A DNA stretch of 64,000 nt from the human T2T-CHM13v2.0 reference genome, Homo sapiens: the NCBI RefSeq assembly GCF_009914755.1, contig NC_060926.1; one strand, 5' to 3'. A model generated the notes under the pieces. The model saw only the letters and a program-made list of their open reading frames with translations, did not search any database and was not told where the DNA came from. A program made the translations under genes and the position numbers. Shown piece by piece: positions 11,870-27,176 of this stretch (within the stretch, counting starts at the first letter, position 1; each line of letters opens with the position of its first letter).

Positions 11870-11990
11870 CTGGGATGCTGGAAGAACTGGATCCCGATTT
11901 AATGCTGGAGCTGGATAAGGAAGTCCAATCATAGGCTGACTCTGTCCTCTTCAAGGCTTCTTGGTAGTTCATATAGAGCTGCTTCCCATA
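11870..11990 (-). CDS. RAPH1: RAPH1 exon 12 (YGKQLYMNYQ...SSSIP)
   Basis: tttag| acceptor and G|gtagtt donor; 121 nt. Confidence 0.95.
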
Positions 11991-12648
11991 CTAAAGAGAA
12001 GACAGGAAATGGTGACATCTAAACTTTACTGAGTATGATACAGAAGGATAAGGTGAAATGGGGGACATATTTCTGTTTACTGATTGATGGTCTGTATTAA
12101 AATTAATACCTATGATAGTTCAAAAATTCCTCTAATACCATAAATTATAATCTATTCTTATTTCTCCTCATTTTTAGAGGGGCAGCAAGAAGTCAACACT
12201 TGATTCTGTTTGTTATAAACATTAATGTTTTTTCACCCCAAATTCTTGATCCAAGGGCAGCTTTTTAGCACTCTTCAGGATACTGCTCCAAATGTGGTTG
12301 GTAAATGATCATTACTTAAAGTAATTTAATTTTTCCAAAACTTACTTTGCTTAGGCTAAACTCTACTATTTAAGAATCATATAATGCATTCTCCAAAGCC
12401 AAAATAAATCACTTTGATACTACACAAGCTTTTACCAGCAATATTATTCCAAGTATACCAAATGTTAAAAGTTTATCCCTATAAACAAGGAAAAAAGACA
12501 ACATTTAAAACTTGAAACTTAGGCCTGAAAAACGTAGGCACTGGCAAATCCATGAACATGAAATAGTCAGAATAGTTGTCATGAAAACGAAAACTATATC
12601 ATCGACAAACACCTCATTATTCCATCATCAAATCAAAAGGAGACATGC

Positions 12649-12747
12649 CTTTGCAATGCGGATCCCATTGACCCACTGATGCAGTGTCCTCACATCATCA
12701 CAACAAAGGTATTTGATATATTGAGATTTCTTCTGGATTTGTGGATG
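12649..12747 (-). CDS. RAPH1: RAPH1 exon 11, PH domain end (HPQIQKKSQY...WVNGIRIAK)
   Basis: tgcag| acceptor; donor is non-canonical AAG|gcatgt; 99 nt keeps the frame. Confidence 0.93.
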
Positions 12748-13653
12748 CTGCAAGATTAAAGACAAAATCCAACTAAGTCCCTTGGAGAACTAAAGAAAAA
12801 CAAACTTTATCAAAGCTTAAACATATCCTGACAAGTTATAGGCCATTAGAGTAATGGCCAATACATTTATGCTTCTTATATGGCCATAAGGCCAAATAAA
12901 GTAGCCCATAAGAATTTTTACAAAGTAAATGAGAAAGAAACTTTTGTGAAATTTTAGATCAAGATATCCAAGTTAAAATAGATCTTCACATCTTGAGAAA
13001 TTCCCAAACGTTCCTTCTACATTTCAAAGAAACAAAGTTCATCAAGGTTAACAGAGTCCATAGAATTCTCCATCTATAAGATTATGGAAAAGGAAGAGAA
13101 TGTTTAATTTCACTTTCAACCCACTGAAATTATGGGTGCAGAAGACTCCAAATCAGAGAGGGACTTTGACAAAGCTTCAGTGTCTAGAGGTGAGGTGAAT
13201 TACTGGGCTGGGTACACCAAGCCTATGGCACAGCACCTGGGACAAGAATCTACAGTCACACCTGTCACAGGGAAGTACAGCCCTGTAGGTCCCACTCTCT
13301 ACCAAACTGCAGGGCTGCAGCACTTGCCTCCAGGGGACACATAGATGTCAACAGCATCTTCACATTTAGTTTTCACAACCCACTGTACTTTTCAGTTGAG
13401 GCTTGGATGAGAGGTGACTGACTGAACCTTGGCTACAAAATCCAGGTGTTAGGAATATGTTTAAGAAATTTTAACACCACTGAGCCTCAACCAGTAGGTC
13501 CTTGGAAAGAAAAGCCCTAAATCACACTTGTTCTGAATGTAATGACTTATGAACACCACATCTCTTTTCAACTATTCTGAAAACCAAAAAACTAATGGCT
13601 ATAATTTGCCTGGAAAAAATTTTAAATTTGTGTTCAGTTATAAGAAAGAAAAA

Positions 13654-14004
<351 letters not shown>

Positions 14005-15109
14005 TCATAGTCATTTGTTGTGAAAATCCATGAGCTCAATAAAATAAGCAATTTAAATAAGTTTTCAATCCATCAAGAATAGATGGCCACCAACATAAGT
14101 TATGTATCTGCATTGTTAAAGATCAATCACTCTGGTCTACAATGAGGGAAAAAAAAAAGAAACCCATTAATTCTATTCTTTGCTTTTCAGAGCTCAGCTC
14201 CTATAACATTTAATACCAAAACCAATTTTCTTGTTGAAGGTTATAGTCAGTTTTAAACAATAAACCCTCAACAATAAGAGGTTAGCAAAATAATACCTAA
14301 CAGTCTTCCCTCCTGATAATATAGGCCCTCTCTTGGAATATGCTCCTTGTCCACGGTAAATTACATTATAATAAACCATAATAGTGACCTTGAAAAAGCA
14401 AAGGAGGGCAGACAGAGAAGTATGTATTCTTCTATAAAAGGAGGAAGGGGGATTTTACCTCATTCATTCATTCAACAGATACTTATTGAGAACTATTTGC
14501 CAGGTGCTTCAGGTAGGTTTAGTGATGAGCAAAACAAAAGCCATAGTTTGTGCAGAAGATAAAATAGGCCAACTGAAAAGAACTCTGTTAGTGTTGCCAG
14601 TGAGGGCTTAAGAGACTGTTCTGCTTCATGGAGGCACTGCCTGCAGGGCAAGGTTCAGAGATCTCAGCAAGCTGCTTTAGATGGCTCGCAACTGTATCAC
14701 CACGCCCTCCCTTCATGGTGATTTGCAAACTTGACTGCATAGGTGTTCAACTGTAGCAGAAGCCCAAGTGTGCATGTGTGCTTCCATGCGTTCTGCACAA
14801 AAAGATGGTTTTTTTTTTTTTTTAATCAAAACAACATCTGGGAAAATCAAAGAGAAATTATCCTCCACCCTGTTCTCCTCATCTCTCTAACCTGGGAATA
14901 CAGATAATAACCTGAAGAGTACTATGGTATAAGTATGAGTCTTTTTAAGTCAAGTATCAGATTACTGCTAGTTTAAAATTCCTTTTAGAACCTCAAAACA
15001 TTTTTTCATCCTCTCACATAATAAAGGCATTCATTACTTTCCTTATGGTCATCCAGGCTCTGTACAAGTACTTCTGCAGATTGTCTGTTCTGCTAATACA
15101 TTATTTTAT

Positions 15110-15362
15110 TAAAAGTGGCATTTATTGCACCCTTGCTATGTACTAGACACTATGTAAAATATTTCACATACTTCACATTTTTCATTAAATACTCACAAAA
15201 CCTCTCTGAGTTACATATTATTATCTCCATGTTCCAAGAAGAAAGCAAGGCACAGAGTAAGGTTAAAACAGCGCTCAAAATTGCTTCCGATAAGTGAAAG
15301 GTAGTACTAGAATTTGAACCCATGCAATCTCATCCCAGAGTGCATGCTTTTAACTACTATTT
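15110..15362 (-). mobile_element. MIR
   Basis: attattatctccatgttccaagaagaaagcaaggcacagagtaaggttaa...gaatttgaaccca core. Confidence 0.7.
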
Positions 15363-15639
15363 CATACTACTGCCTTATTAAAATGTGCCCCTTTGAATCT
15401 GCTACCTCTGCTCCTTTTTTCCCCACAATATTATGCTGTCATTTTTAAAATTATACCAGGGTTAAGAGGAAGGCTGGAGGAAACATTCATTGCTAAAAAC
15501 CAGAAGCTCCACATTTAGATTCTTAAGAGAGTCCAGAGAACATATAATGAAATTGCTCCCAAAACAGATGAATACCTATTAAGAAAGAAAGGTCAACATT
15601 TCATTTTTAAAATGACCCTGACAGGTTGAGTGCAGGCCC

Positions 15640-16070
15640 CTATGGCTATCTCCTCCTCCCCACTTCTTTCCTGGCAGAGCCTTACCTCTCACCTATATCC
15701 CACAGGGTGTGAATTCTGATTGGTGTAAGCCAACCATAGTAGTTTTATTCCCTTGTCAGTGATTGGCTTGTCAGCAGAAAATGTACTCTGGGCCAGTAAC
15801 TCTCAAAAGGAGGGTGGTTGAGTAACTTCTGTGAAATAGTTCCTTCCTCTTATAAAAGACAAATACAGGGAGCAATAATCCCTCTTCTGCTGGCTGGATT
15901 TTTCTGGGTCTACATGTGATGCATAGAACTGCAGCAGCCATCTTGGGACTGTGAGGTGAATCAGCCTGAGAATAAGCTGATATGCGGGAAGTAGAACAAG
16001 GAAAGATGGAAAGAATTTGAGTTCTCACTGACAACCTTGAGCCACTGAAATAACCAACCAACTTTTACTG
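15640..16070. mobile_element. MLT1-type MaLR LTR fragment
   Basis: tgattggtgtaagccaaccat...gaactgcagcagccatcttg motifs. Confidence 0.55.
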
Positions 16071-16130
16071 TTTTCATGTTATGAGAGTCCCCCAATAACT
16101 TTCTTTTACGTGGATTATGTCTACTGATAT

Positions 16131-16531
16131 TGAAGGAGTTAAAAATGTACCACCCTGGCATATTGACTAAGTTAAAAGACACTTGAAAAACAGCAGGTAC
16201 AGAAGATCACTCTGACCTTCATGCTATTTCTTAAAAGCCTTAGAAGATGAAATTACCATGCAAAAGATGCTTTCTCAATACTAGAAAGCGAAAATATCTT
16301 TCTCCTCAGGGATGAGAAGTTGAAACCAACAGAATTCTGTACAGACCTTGTTAAAATAACTCGTATCTTTAAGGCTTCACATATAATTTAGTTGCTTCTT
16401 CACAAATTATTCTTTGTCCAATCCAGTATACAAGTAATTATGCTTTTCTCCTGTTGATCTCTTATGTCAATTTAATTTGTGTGCCCAGCTAGGACCCTAA
16501 GAGTATGAAGTGAAGTTTTTCCACCCCAGCA
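16131..16531 (+). mobile_element. ERV1-type solo LTR (MER34-like)
   Basis: TG...CA termini (tgaaggagtt...ccccagca); agatcactctgacctt motif. Confidence 0.55.
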
Positions 16532-16590
16532 ATACTTACATTATAAATTAAAACTAAGAAAAAAATTAAACTACAAGAATACACAGGCCA

Positions 16591-16868
16591 GGCCAGGCAC
16601 AGTAGCTCACGCCTATAATCCCAGCACTTCAGCAGACTGAGGCAGGCGGATCACTTGAGGCCAGTCTGACCAACATGGCAAAACCTCATCTGTCCTAAAA
16701 ATACAAAAATTAACTGGGTGTGGTGGCATGTGGCTGTAGTTCCAGCTACTCGGGAAGCTAAGGCATGAGAACTACTTGAACCCGGGAGGCAGAGGTTGCA
16801 GTGAGCCGAGATCACATCAGCCAGGGAGACAGAGTGAGACTGTCTCAAAAATAAATAAATAAATAAAT
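16591..16868 (+). mobile_element. Alu with internal deletions
   Basis: Alu arms, (AAAT)n tail. Confidence 0.9.
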
Positions 16869-17174
16869 AGACAAACACACATTACACTAGCGTGAAGATA
16901 CCATCACATGTCATATAACCTCTTAGAAAACTCCACTATACATATGTGAGAGAATGAAAGTTCAAGAGGCAAATAACATCTTAGCATTATTAAATAATTT
17001 TGACATCATGGTCTTAGGGACTGACTCTCAGGAGACTGTGGACCTCATTTTGAAAACTGCTGAATTAAGCTACTTTGTACTGACTTTTAAAAAACTATTT
17101 GCACCTAAAGGTACCTAAAATGATACAGTGGTGTTCCCCAAAAACACAATTATGTAATAAAAGGTTACCATTAT

Positions 17175-17509
<335 letters not shown>

Positions 17510-18339
17510 TTATCAAAGCAATCAAAACTCCAAAATCCTAAAATCCTAAAACTCCCAAACTAATGGCAGTCCCCAAACTAAAGTGACAATTCTCAGAGAA
17601 AAGTGAAATTAAACATGATATGAACATGTAGACCTAAGTAGTTACCAAGAAATTACAAAGATGGAGCCAATGAAAAAAAAATTATCTCCCTAATTTTCTT
17701 GAATTTTTGTATGTCGTTTTTATCAGTGTTCTAATAGATCACTATAAATTTGCTTAAAATGTCCGTTCTTCTCAGAAGTACAGATATAATCATTGCAAGA
17801 AGTACAAAAGCTTGAATAAAGAAGAAAAAAAAACCTCCCTAAAAACAGCTCAGGTCACAATACATACATGGGCTATCATGACTATAGTTCAGGGAAAAAA
17901 AGAGACAAAAATTATTTCTGGACCAGATAACAGCCAGTCTGATTTGAACTTGGACACAGTGCCCTCTGATGGTTTGCTGAGTAAGTACAGGAAAAGAACT
18001 AAAGCACATTTATGACCTACATTCGGCTCTGTTCTAAGTTTTCCTAAAATAAGCCTGGTGTTAAATGAGAATCTCAAATTTATAATCAAATACATTTTAT
18101 ATCTCACAACTCAAAGCTTACAATCTAATATTCACTCCTTACCTAGAGATAATTGGCCCAGGGTCTGCTATGATATAGCACATGCTTCTTTTCCTTACCA
18201 CACTTCACCATTCCTTTTTAAACTTTGAGAATAAAGCAAAAACAGTATAATTGATGGAATCTCAACAGTTCTAAAATATCCAATAACCTGCTCTATGTCT
18301 AACATCAATTAAAATTCCTAAAAAGAAATATGTGTTTAC

Positions 18340-18450
18340 CTTCAGCACCAGACAATAGTCTGTAGGTGCTTTGTATTTGTTCCGATAGTCCTGGCCATAA
18401 TAAACGTTGACATGATCCAGCTGGAGAAAGCACACCAGATCCCGAGAGAC
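18340..18450 (-). CDS. RAPH1: RAPH1 exon 10, PH domain (VSRDLVCFLQ...CLVLK)
   Basis: cttag| acceptor and AAG|gtaaac donor; 111 nt. Confidence 0.95.
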
Positions 18451-19346
18451 CTAAGATAAAAACACCAAAAAGATAAAATTAATAATAATGCACAAACAAG
18501 CAAATATACCTGGTTAACATTTTCTAGGTGAGAATCAAAACTACTTTTGCTAATACTAAATAGAAATTATTGCTATTTACACGAGACAATGAGATGCTCC
18601 ATAAATGTTTCTTCTTTAATCATTAACGTAACAAAAAAGCAGCCCATTTTACTTACTGTTTTGTCATTCACAATGAACACTAACTTGTTAAGGAGTGTTG
18701 GCATTTTAAAGATACTATTAATATAGTCTAGTACATTAAAAACAATAATGTATAATAGAGCTCTCTGGAAAGAACAAGAAAATATCAAGTCGTTCAGTGC
18801 CTATAATGCATATGTAAAGTATAGTGATTCGCAACTGGTTGGGGGGAGGTTTTCACCAGTTAAATAGGGGCAACAATATATGCTCATAGGACTATTGTGA
18901 AGACTAGATGAGATAATACTGTAAAAAAGTTTAAAACAGTCCTGGTGCCAATAAGCACCGAAGTGATAGCTACACCAGGGTGGCCCTTAGCAGAAGAAGC
19001 ATATTACCCAAACAAGATAAAAAAGGCTGTAATCCCAGAGAGCTGTGCTGTTCTTCCCAAACAAAAATAAACAAAACTACTCCAGAAAGAGTCCCCAAAA
19101 AACAACAAATAAAACTATGATTTCAAATTTGGTAAAGAGAACTGAGATAGGCTCAACTAGTGACCAGAGAAGTAAGAACTTTCAGGTTTCTTCTTCTTTA
19201 TAATAGATTAATAAACAAAGCAATATTCTATGTCTTCCACGAACTGAAACAAATCATAGCCTGGGTTCACCTTGTCAGCATACTCAATACAAATTAAAAG
19301 CAATTAGCATAATGAGGAAGTTCAAATTCCAACAGAAGGGACACAC

Positions 19347-19490
19347 CTTTGCTTTTCCTTTGGGAACATAGTAGATACCAGATGCTCGCAAGAGAAAATA
19401 ACGCTTTTTCCAGGACTTCTTGCCATCATCCTTCAACCAAAGGACTCCTTCAATTTCTGGTACAGTTACAGAACTTCCACAAAAACATTC
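19347..19490 (-). CDS. RAPH1: RAPH1 exon 9, PH domain start (ECFCGSS...[18 protein letters not shown]...GKAK)
   Basis: tttag| acceptor and AAG|gtgtgt donor; 144 nt. Confidence 0.95.
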
Positions 19491-19628
19491 CTAAAATAAC
19501 AAGATTATTTGCAAAGACTTATGATCGTTGGATTCTCAGAACAAAGTTGTGTTTACTCCTGTGAAATGCATGACAGTTATTAAACCAAAATGGTTTTATA
19601 TTAAAACCAAGCTGCTAATTTAACCTCA

Positions 19629-19984
<356 letters not shown>

Positions 19985-21067
19985 CTACTATGGCAATCCT
20001 AAAATGTTTATTAAATAAAAATGCCAGTCATACATGTAATACTGAATTTTTACCTACAAACTTTTAACTAAAACACTGTTTCGGAGAAAAACTAAGTTGA
20101 CACATGAACTGAGTTGCATGTAACAGTAGTTAAATACCTTTGCAAACAGCACAGTTACACTAAATTTAATAAAACTGTCAGGGCAAACCAAGCGTTAGAC
20201 TTTATTTTTTCTCTACATTTAGATTAGCTGTCAAACTAAACAGGAATATATTTTAAAAGAATGCAACGTGCTAAGTGTATGATTAAACTTTAAGAATTTA
20301 AAAACTATCCATTTATGTGACTCTAAGACAAAGAGGGCATTTATTTAAAAAATAATACTAGGTTGAAAGGACTATAAACACTCAAAATTCTAAGTTCTAA
20401 ACACTATGCTTTGATAAAAATCTAATATTAAAGAAATCAATCATGTATTTGTGAAAGAAAAGAGAAATCCTCAGAAAACACTAATATAGGACATTTGGGC
20501 CTAAATTAATTTTTCTCCTCAAAGTACAGAAAAATTAGGAATTACAAGGCAGATTTTTACTTAACCGTAGTTAGTATCACTATGAAAACTGAATGTTGAT
20601 CTTCGCTTCCTAATTGCCTTGCTGGTAAGTAAGGGTTTATTCAGGTTTTCAAGTATACTAAGTTATTTGATTTTAGTTCTATAAAATCAGCCAAAAATTC
20701 AATTATATTTTTCCAAAAAATGATCATGATTTTAAAAATTATTTAATTATTTAAGGATAAGGCTGGAAATAATTTGTGAACAGCTAATTATATTCAAATT
20801 TCTCTCTGAGTAAGCAGATAAAAACAGCAAAACCACATCCTTCATTGACCAGCCACCTCTCCCACTTGGCAGCCCCTAAAAGCTCATTATTCTTAGATCA
20901 CTAGAATATGGCTTGGCAAAATAATAAAGGGTCTTCAGTGGCCTAACACGTTCACACAGTTGAACTCTCTCCCTCATACTATCAAAGAATACACAGGCTT
21001 CTTTAATTAAAATTGTAACTACAAATATAGAACACTGACATACTTGACTTCAAAAAGGTATTTAATA

Positions 21068-21381
21068 TTTTATTTTATTTATTTATTTATTTATTTATTT
21101 TATTGAGACAGAGTCTCACCCTGTTGCTAGGCTGGAATGCAGTGGTGCAATCTCGGCTCGCTGCAACCTCCGCATCCCGGGTTCAAGCAATTCTCTGCCT
21201 CAGCCTCCCGAGTAGCTGGGATTACAGGCGCCCACCACCACGCCTGGCTAATTTTTTTATTTTTTAACAGACAGGGTTTCACCATCTTGGGCAGGCTGGT
21301 CTTGAACTCCTGATCTTGTGATTCACTCACCTCAGCCTCCCGAAGTGTTGGGATTGCAGGCGTGAGCCACCATGCCTGGCC
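21068..21381 (-). mobile_element. Alu (S-like)
   Basis: Reverse dimer, TSD taatatttt. Confidence 0.92.
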
Positions 21382-21427
21382 TAATATTTTAATTTTTAAA
21401 TGTGCAGGAAAATGGGGGTTGTCATAC

Positions 21428-21493
21428 CTCCAAGAGGACTTCTTTGTTTCTATCTGCCATCTCAGCTGTTTCCTTTTTCCCCAAAAGATAATT
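21428..21493 (-). CDS. RAPH1: RAPH1 exon 8 (NYLLGKKETAEMADRNKEVLLE)
   Basis: ttccag| acceptor and GAG|gtatga donor; 66 nt. Confidence 0.94.
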
Positions 21494-21987
21494 CTGGAAA
21501 AACAAACATATGGAAGGGATGGGTGGGAGAGAAAAAAAGAAGGTTAAAGCATAAATCCATTCTGTTATTCCCTTGGCACAGGTGTGTGTATGTTTTCTTC
21601 TAGAGAAATAGCAACTCTGATTTCTGTTGGTATAGAGTAGAATAAACTTTGAAAAGTTACCTGTGTATGGGCATCATCACTAAAATGCTTAACACCAGTC
21701 TCCTCCTTGCCTGTCCACTTGTCATAAACTGTCCTTACCCAGACTGTGAGGTGGTATTACATTCAACAGCTGGCAAATATGTTTTGGGATATCTAATGAA
21801 AGCTACGTTAGAGGATCTGAAAGGTTTAGAAATTCATAAGTACAACAAGTAAGGCAAATTTCCTTAAAATATACTGATCTAGGTGCAGAAAATTTATGTT
21901 CTGGCTTTTTAAGAAGAAATCCCATATTCTCTGGGACTCATTTATTAATAATCTCATTTACTTGACTCAACTAAAAATCTGAATTCT

Positions 21988-22290
21988 GGCTGGGTGCAGT
22001 GGCTCACACCTGTAATCCCAGCACTCTGGGAGGCCAAGGCGGGTGGATCACGAGGTCAGAAGTTCAAGACCAGCCTGACCAACACGGTGAAACCCCGTCT
22101 CTACTAAAAATACAAAATTAGCCAGGTGTGGCAGCACGCACCTGTAGTCCCAGCTACGCAGGAGGCTGAGGTAGGAGAATCGCTTGGAGGCGGAGGTTGC
22201 AGTGAGCCAAGATCACGCCACTGACTCCAGCCTGGGCAACAGAGCGAGACTCCATCTCAAAAAAAAACAAAAAACAAACAAACAAAAAAA
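21988..22290 (+). mobile_element. Alu (S-like)
   Basis: Dimer with A tail. Confidence 0.92.
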
Positions 22291-22317
22291 TCAAACTGAA
22301 GTCTACTCATTAGTACA

Positions 22318-23066
<749 letters not shown>

Positions 23067-23639
23067 TGTAATTATTTTTCATAACTGCCTACAAAAAGAT
23101 CTGTTGATACCCCCAAATATGTATTCTTCACTAAAACATCCAGAAAAGATGTGTCATGGTTATGCCATTTGAAGCATAACTATGCAATATCTTTAACACT
23201 GCTGCTATTTTTCTTCATTACTACTTTTTATTGTGGAGTTGTTTTCCCTCACCTACTGAATTTTGTAAAATGTCTAGGTATTGGGAAGTATTAACTCAAA
23301 CATTATTTTGGAATAAGGAAAGATGTCAAATAAATCAAAGTATGTTTATTAGAATGTAAAGCCATTTGTAATCAAGGTTACTGGGATGTTTAAAAAGTAA
23401 TTCCAAAAGAAGTGTCAACTGGATAAATGGCTGGAGTAGAGAAGTACTTTTCTTTGATGAGATGACAAACTCACCAAATAAACAGCTGGGTTCAACACAG
23501 CTCTGGATTACAGAGCCAAAAGACCTGGTAACTCACTAGAGCTATACTTCTGCTTCCAAAACGGCTCACCCCATCTGGTTCTGGAGGACTGGGAACCTCT
23601 TTAGGGCCTAACACGTGGGCACCAGCTGACTTTCCACCT

Positions 23640-23660
23640 CAGCAGCAGCAGCAGCAGCAG
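23640..23660 (+). repeat. (CAG)7 trinucleotide repeat (CUG in the transcript)
   Basis: cagcagcagcagcagcagcag followed by tagtag. Confidence 0.9.
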
Positions 23661-23804
23661 TAGTAGATGATGCTCCTATAGGATTTTGCAGGTATATCGC
23701 TCCAACCAGGTGTTTACCAGTCTTTTAACTCTAACTTAGCAGTAATCGAATAAAATAGGAGACATATTTACAAATCCTGACCTCTGTAAGTTGTTTGGTC
23801 TTAC

Positions 23805-23926
23805 CTGTGGGTTTTTGAAAAGTGCATATTTTTCTATACGCTCCATAAATATAAGCTTGTTTTGGCTATCTCTTGTCCAATTAAGAAGATTTTCAACCAA
23901 GTTTTCATGGTCTTCAAAGATTCTCT
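23805..23926 (-). CDS. RAPH1: RAPH1 exon 7, RA domain (ERIFEDHENL...FKNPQ)
   Basis: Lies within ORF 23736..24044; gacag| acceptor and CAG|gtaaga donor; 122 nt. Confidence 0.95.
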
Positions 23927-24732
23927 CTGTCCCAAAATAAAATATCCGTATTTTGTTAGTATTCATTAGAGTTGCATGAAAGACATGAAACTTTGTGAAG
24001 TAGTTAACCTCAGAACCACATAATCTTAACCGACATTTTAGCACCTAAAAATTATCTGGTATTCCCTAATTTTTCAAACAAAGAAATATGCCTTAATTAT
24101 GTTAATGACATAACCAAGGTCACACAGCTGATATATGGAAGAACTAGGACTAGAATCTAGGCTTTCTGACTTGCAGGACACCATTCTTCAGTCTTAAACA
24201 TTTTCCCATCCCACCCTTAAAAATAAAACATTAGTTACATCTTATAAGTTTCGATATCAAGTATTTCCTATTTAGTTCTTGGCATTTAAAACATTTCCAA
24301 GATGATTTCTTCTTTGATCCATGACTGTTGTTTAATCTTAAACATATATGTATTTTCTAATTTCCAAATTAGAAATGAAAGAACATGTCCTGTATACTGA
24401 ACATATGTTAAAGAACACGTTCTAGATATGGATTCTTTGAAATTTGTTAATGTGCTTTGTTTCCCGAGTCAAATGCTGGTTTAAAGACTTCAGTACAAAT
24501 TCAAGTTAACATAATAATTTTTAGTAAATGCATCAGTCTATCCAGTTCTTATTTGAAAAAAAAAAAACTATTTTGTTACCTTTTAAAAAAACTTTGTTTT
24601 AGCCATTATAAAATCTGAAGTGAATTGGAAATGATCTTGTATTCAAAGAACTCTTAAAACACTTCAGAAAAAAATAATGTAAAGAAGCCAAATTATGAAA
24701 GGTAATTTTATCGAAAAAATATATAAAGATGA

Positions 24733-25042
<310 letters not shown>

Positions 25043-25146
25043 ACATATATATATATATAAAGATAACTCAAAATGTTTTTATCAGCATGAAAACTGATGA
25101 AATTACACAAAAATTAGAAAGCAATTAAAGCAATGATATTACTAAC

Positions 25147-25306
25147 CCATTTGTAATTCAGAAACGGTTTCTACCAGTGACCAGTCTAAACTATAACCGC
25201 AGTGGGATTTGTCCATCAGGTTATCCAGTACTTGTCTTACTGTCTGCCTCTCATCCACCATCATTGTTTTAGAACTGTCATCAGACATGTGGACTCTGAT
25301 CACCAG
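25147..25306 (-). CDS. RAPH1: RAPH1 exon 6, RA domain (LVIRVHMSDDSSKT...ELQM)
   Basis: tatag| acceptor and G|gttagt donor; 160 nt. Confidence 0.95.
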
Positions 25307-25750
25307 CTATAACAGGTAAAAAGAAAAGTAAATGAACACTAAAAAATGGCATTCTAGGAAAGGCACTGATCCAATATCAAATAAAATTTGGATTAATGTA
25401 TTTGTATATAAATTAAAACACAAATAATGACTTCATTATGCAAAAATATAGGCTAAAAATCAGATCAGACATCAAATAACCTGTAAGTAAATTTAAAGCA
25501 TTTTAAAAATATAACAGATAAGGTTATAATGTTATGATTACTCCTTTAGGAGAATTCAGAACCAGAAAATTACTCCTTTTATAATGCATTTTACCCACAA
25601 AAAATACTACATGTGAAAAATATATTACTAGGAAGAAATGCCCCTGTATCTCTCCATATCTTAGAAGTACATTACATAAACAAGGCAATTCTTCACAAAT
25701 CCAAAAAACTGATAAAAAAATCCCAAACCAGGAAGAGGCCCACATATCAC

Positions 25751-25828
25751 CTTTTTCACTTGTGCCTCTTTAATTTTCTCTAGGGCAACTCTGATCTTCT
25801 CAGCTTTCAATTTTGCTGCCTGTTCTTC
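25751..25828 (-). CDS. RAPH1: RAPH1 exon 5, coiled coil EEQAAKLKAEKIRVALEKIKEAQVKK
   Basis: cacag| acceptor and AAG|gtgata donor; 78 nt. Confidence 0.95.
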
Positions 25829-26821
25829 CTGTGAACACAAAGCATTTCAGATAAACAATGCTAAGATGATGAAATATTTGAGAAATCTTTTTTATCCTTA
25901 AGGATGCTCCCAGCAATAAATTTCATTAAGAATATAACTACACACAGAGCACATTTAAAAAATAACTGTTCACAAAGAGCAGACATATTATAAAGAAACA
26001 TTTTATAGATGCAGACTTGAAGATGTCTTACAATAGGCATTTCTACATCCAATATTCTAGAGGAAAAAAAGAACTCTGTGATGTAGTAAATTACCAAGTT
26101 TGATTCTGTCAATGTGAAGCAGATGAATTTCAGGTTCTGGGATAGGAGAAAAATGAATGTATAGTGGTGACAATTTGTTTTCCCTGCAGAATCCCTCAAC
26201 TCTGAATTTCCACTCCCTCCAAAGTAAGGGCAAGTCTTTGAATATTAATGTTCTGTTCTGTTACACTGAAAGTATACCACTATCATAAAAATATCTACAA
26301 CAAAAAACAATACCTACCTGTTTACAACCATATAAAAACCCTTTAAAAAATAAAAATGTAGGTACAATCTCATTAGTATACCAATACAAACATAAGAAGC
26401 TGCCTTATTGCGTAAGTTTCACTCTGCTTTGGAAAATCATACAATGTAATCAATGTCTTATGTCAGTAAATTCAAAATTTGTTTTTATTAGTTTACTGAC
26501 AATATTTTTAAATGCTAAATATGATTTTCCAAATAACTTAAAATTTCTAGTAACTTCTACCTCAGAAAACTTAGATTAAAAAGAGTAATAAAAATTATAA
26601 CTAAAAATATACTTAAACCATTTGTCTGCTTTATTCTGAATTAGCATATAGTACTCTAATGCTGGTACTTGTAATTTCCAGCAATAGGCCATAATATGCT
26701 GTGGCATTAATCTCCAATTTTAAAAAACTTGTATAAGTAAACTTTTGTTTATAAAGGATTATTTTCTATTTCTAGGCTTTTGATTACTCTGGAAAATATC
26801 TAAGAAAAATAAAAACTTCTT

Positions 26822-27176
<355 letters not shown>

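Noticed and set aside
14590-14800. GC-richer patch in intron 10 as a cryptic exon (ctttttgtgcag|)
   Set aside because: Very short pyrimidine tract preceded by an A-run, no convincing donor, and an in-frame stop
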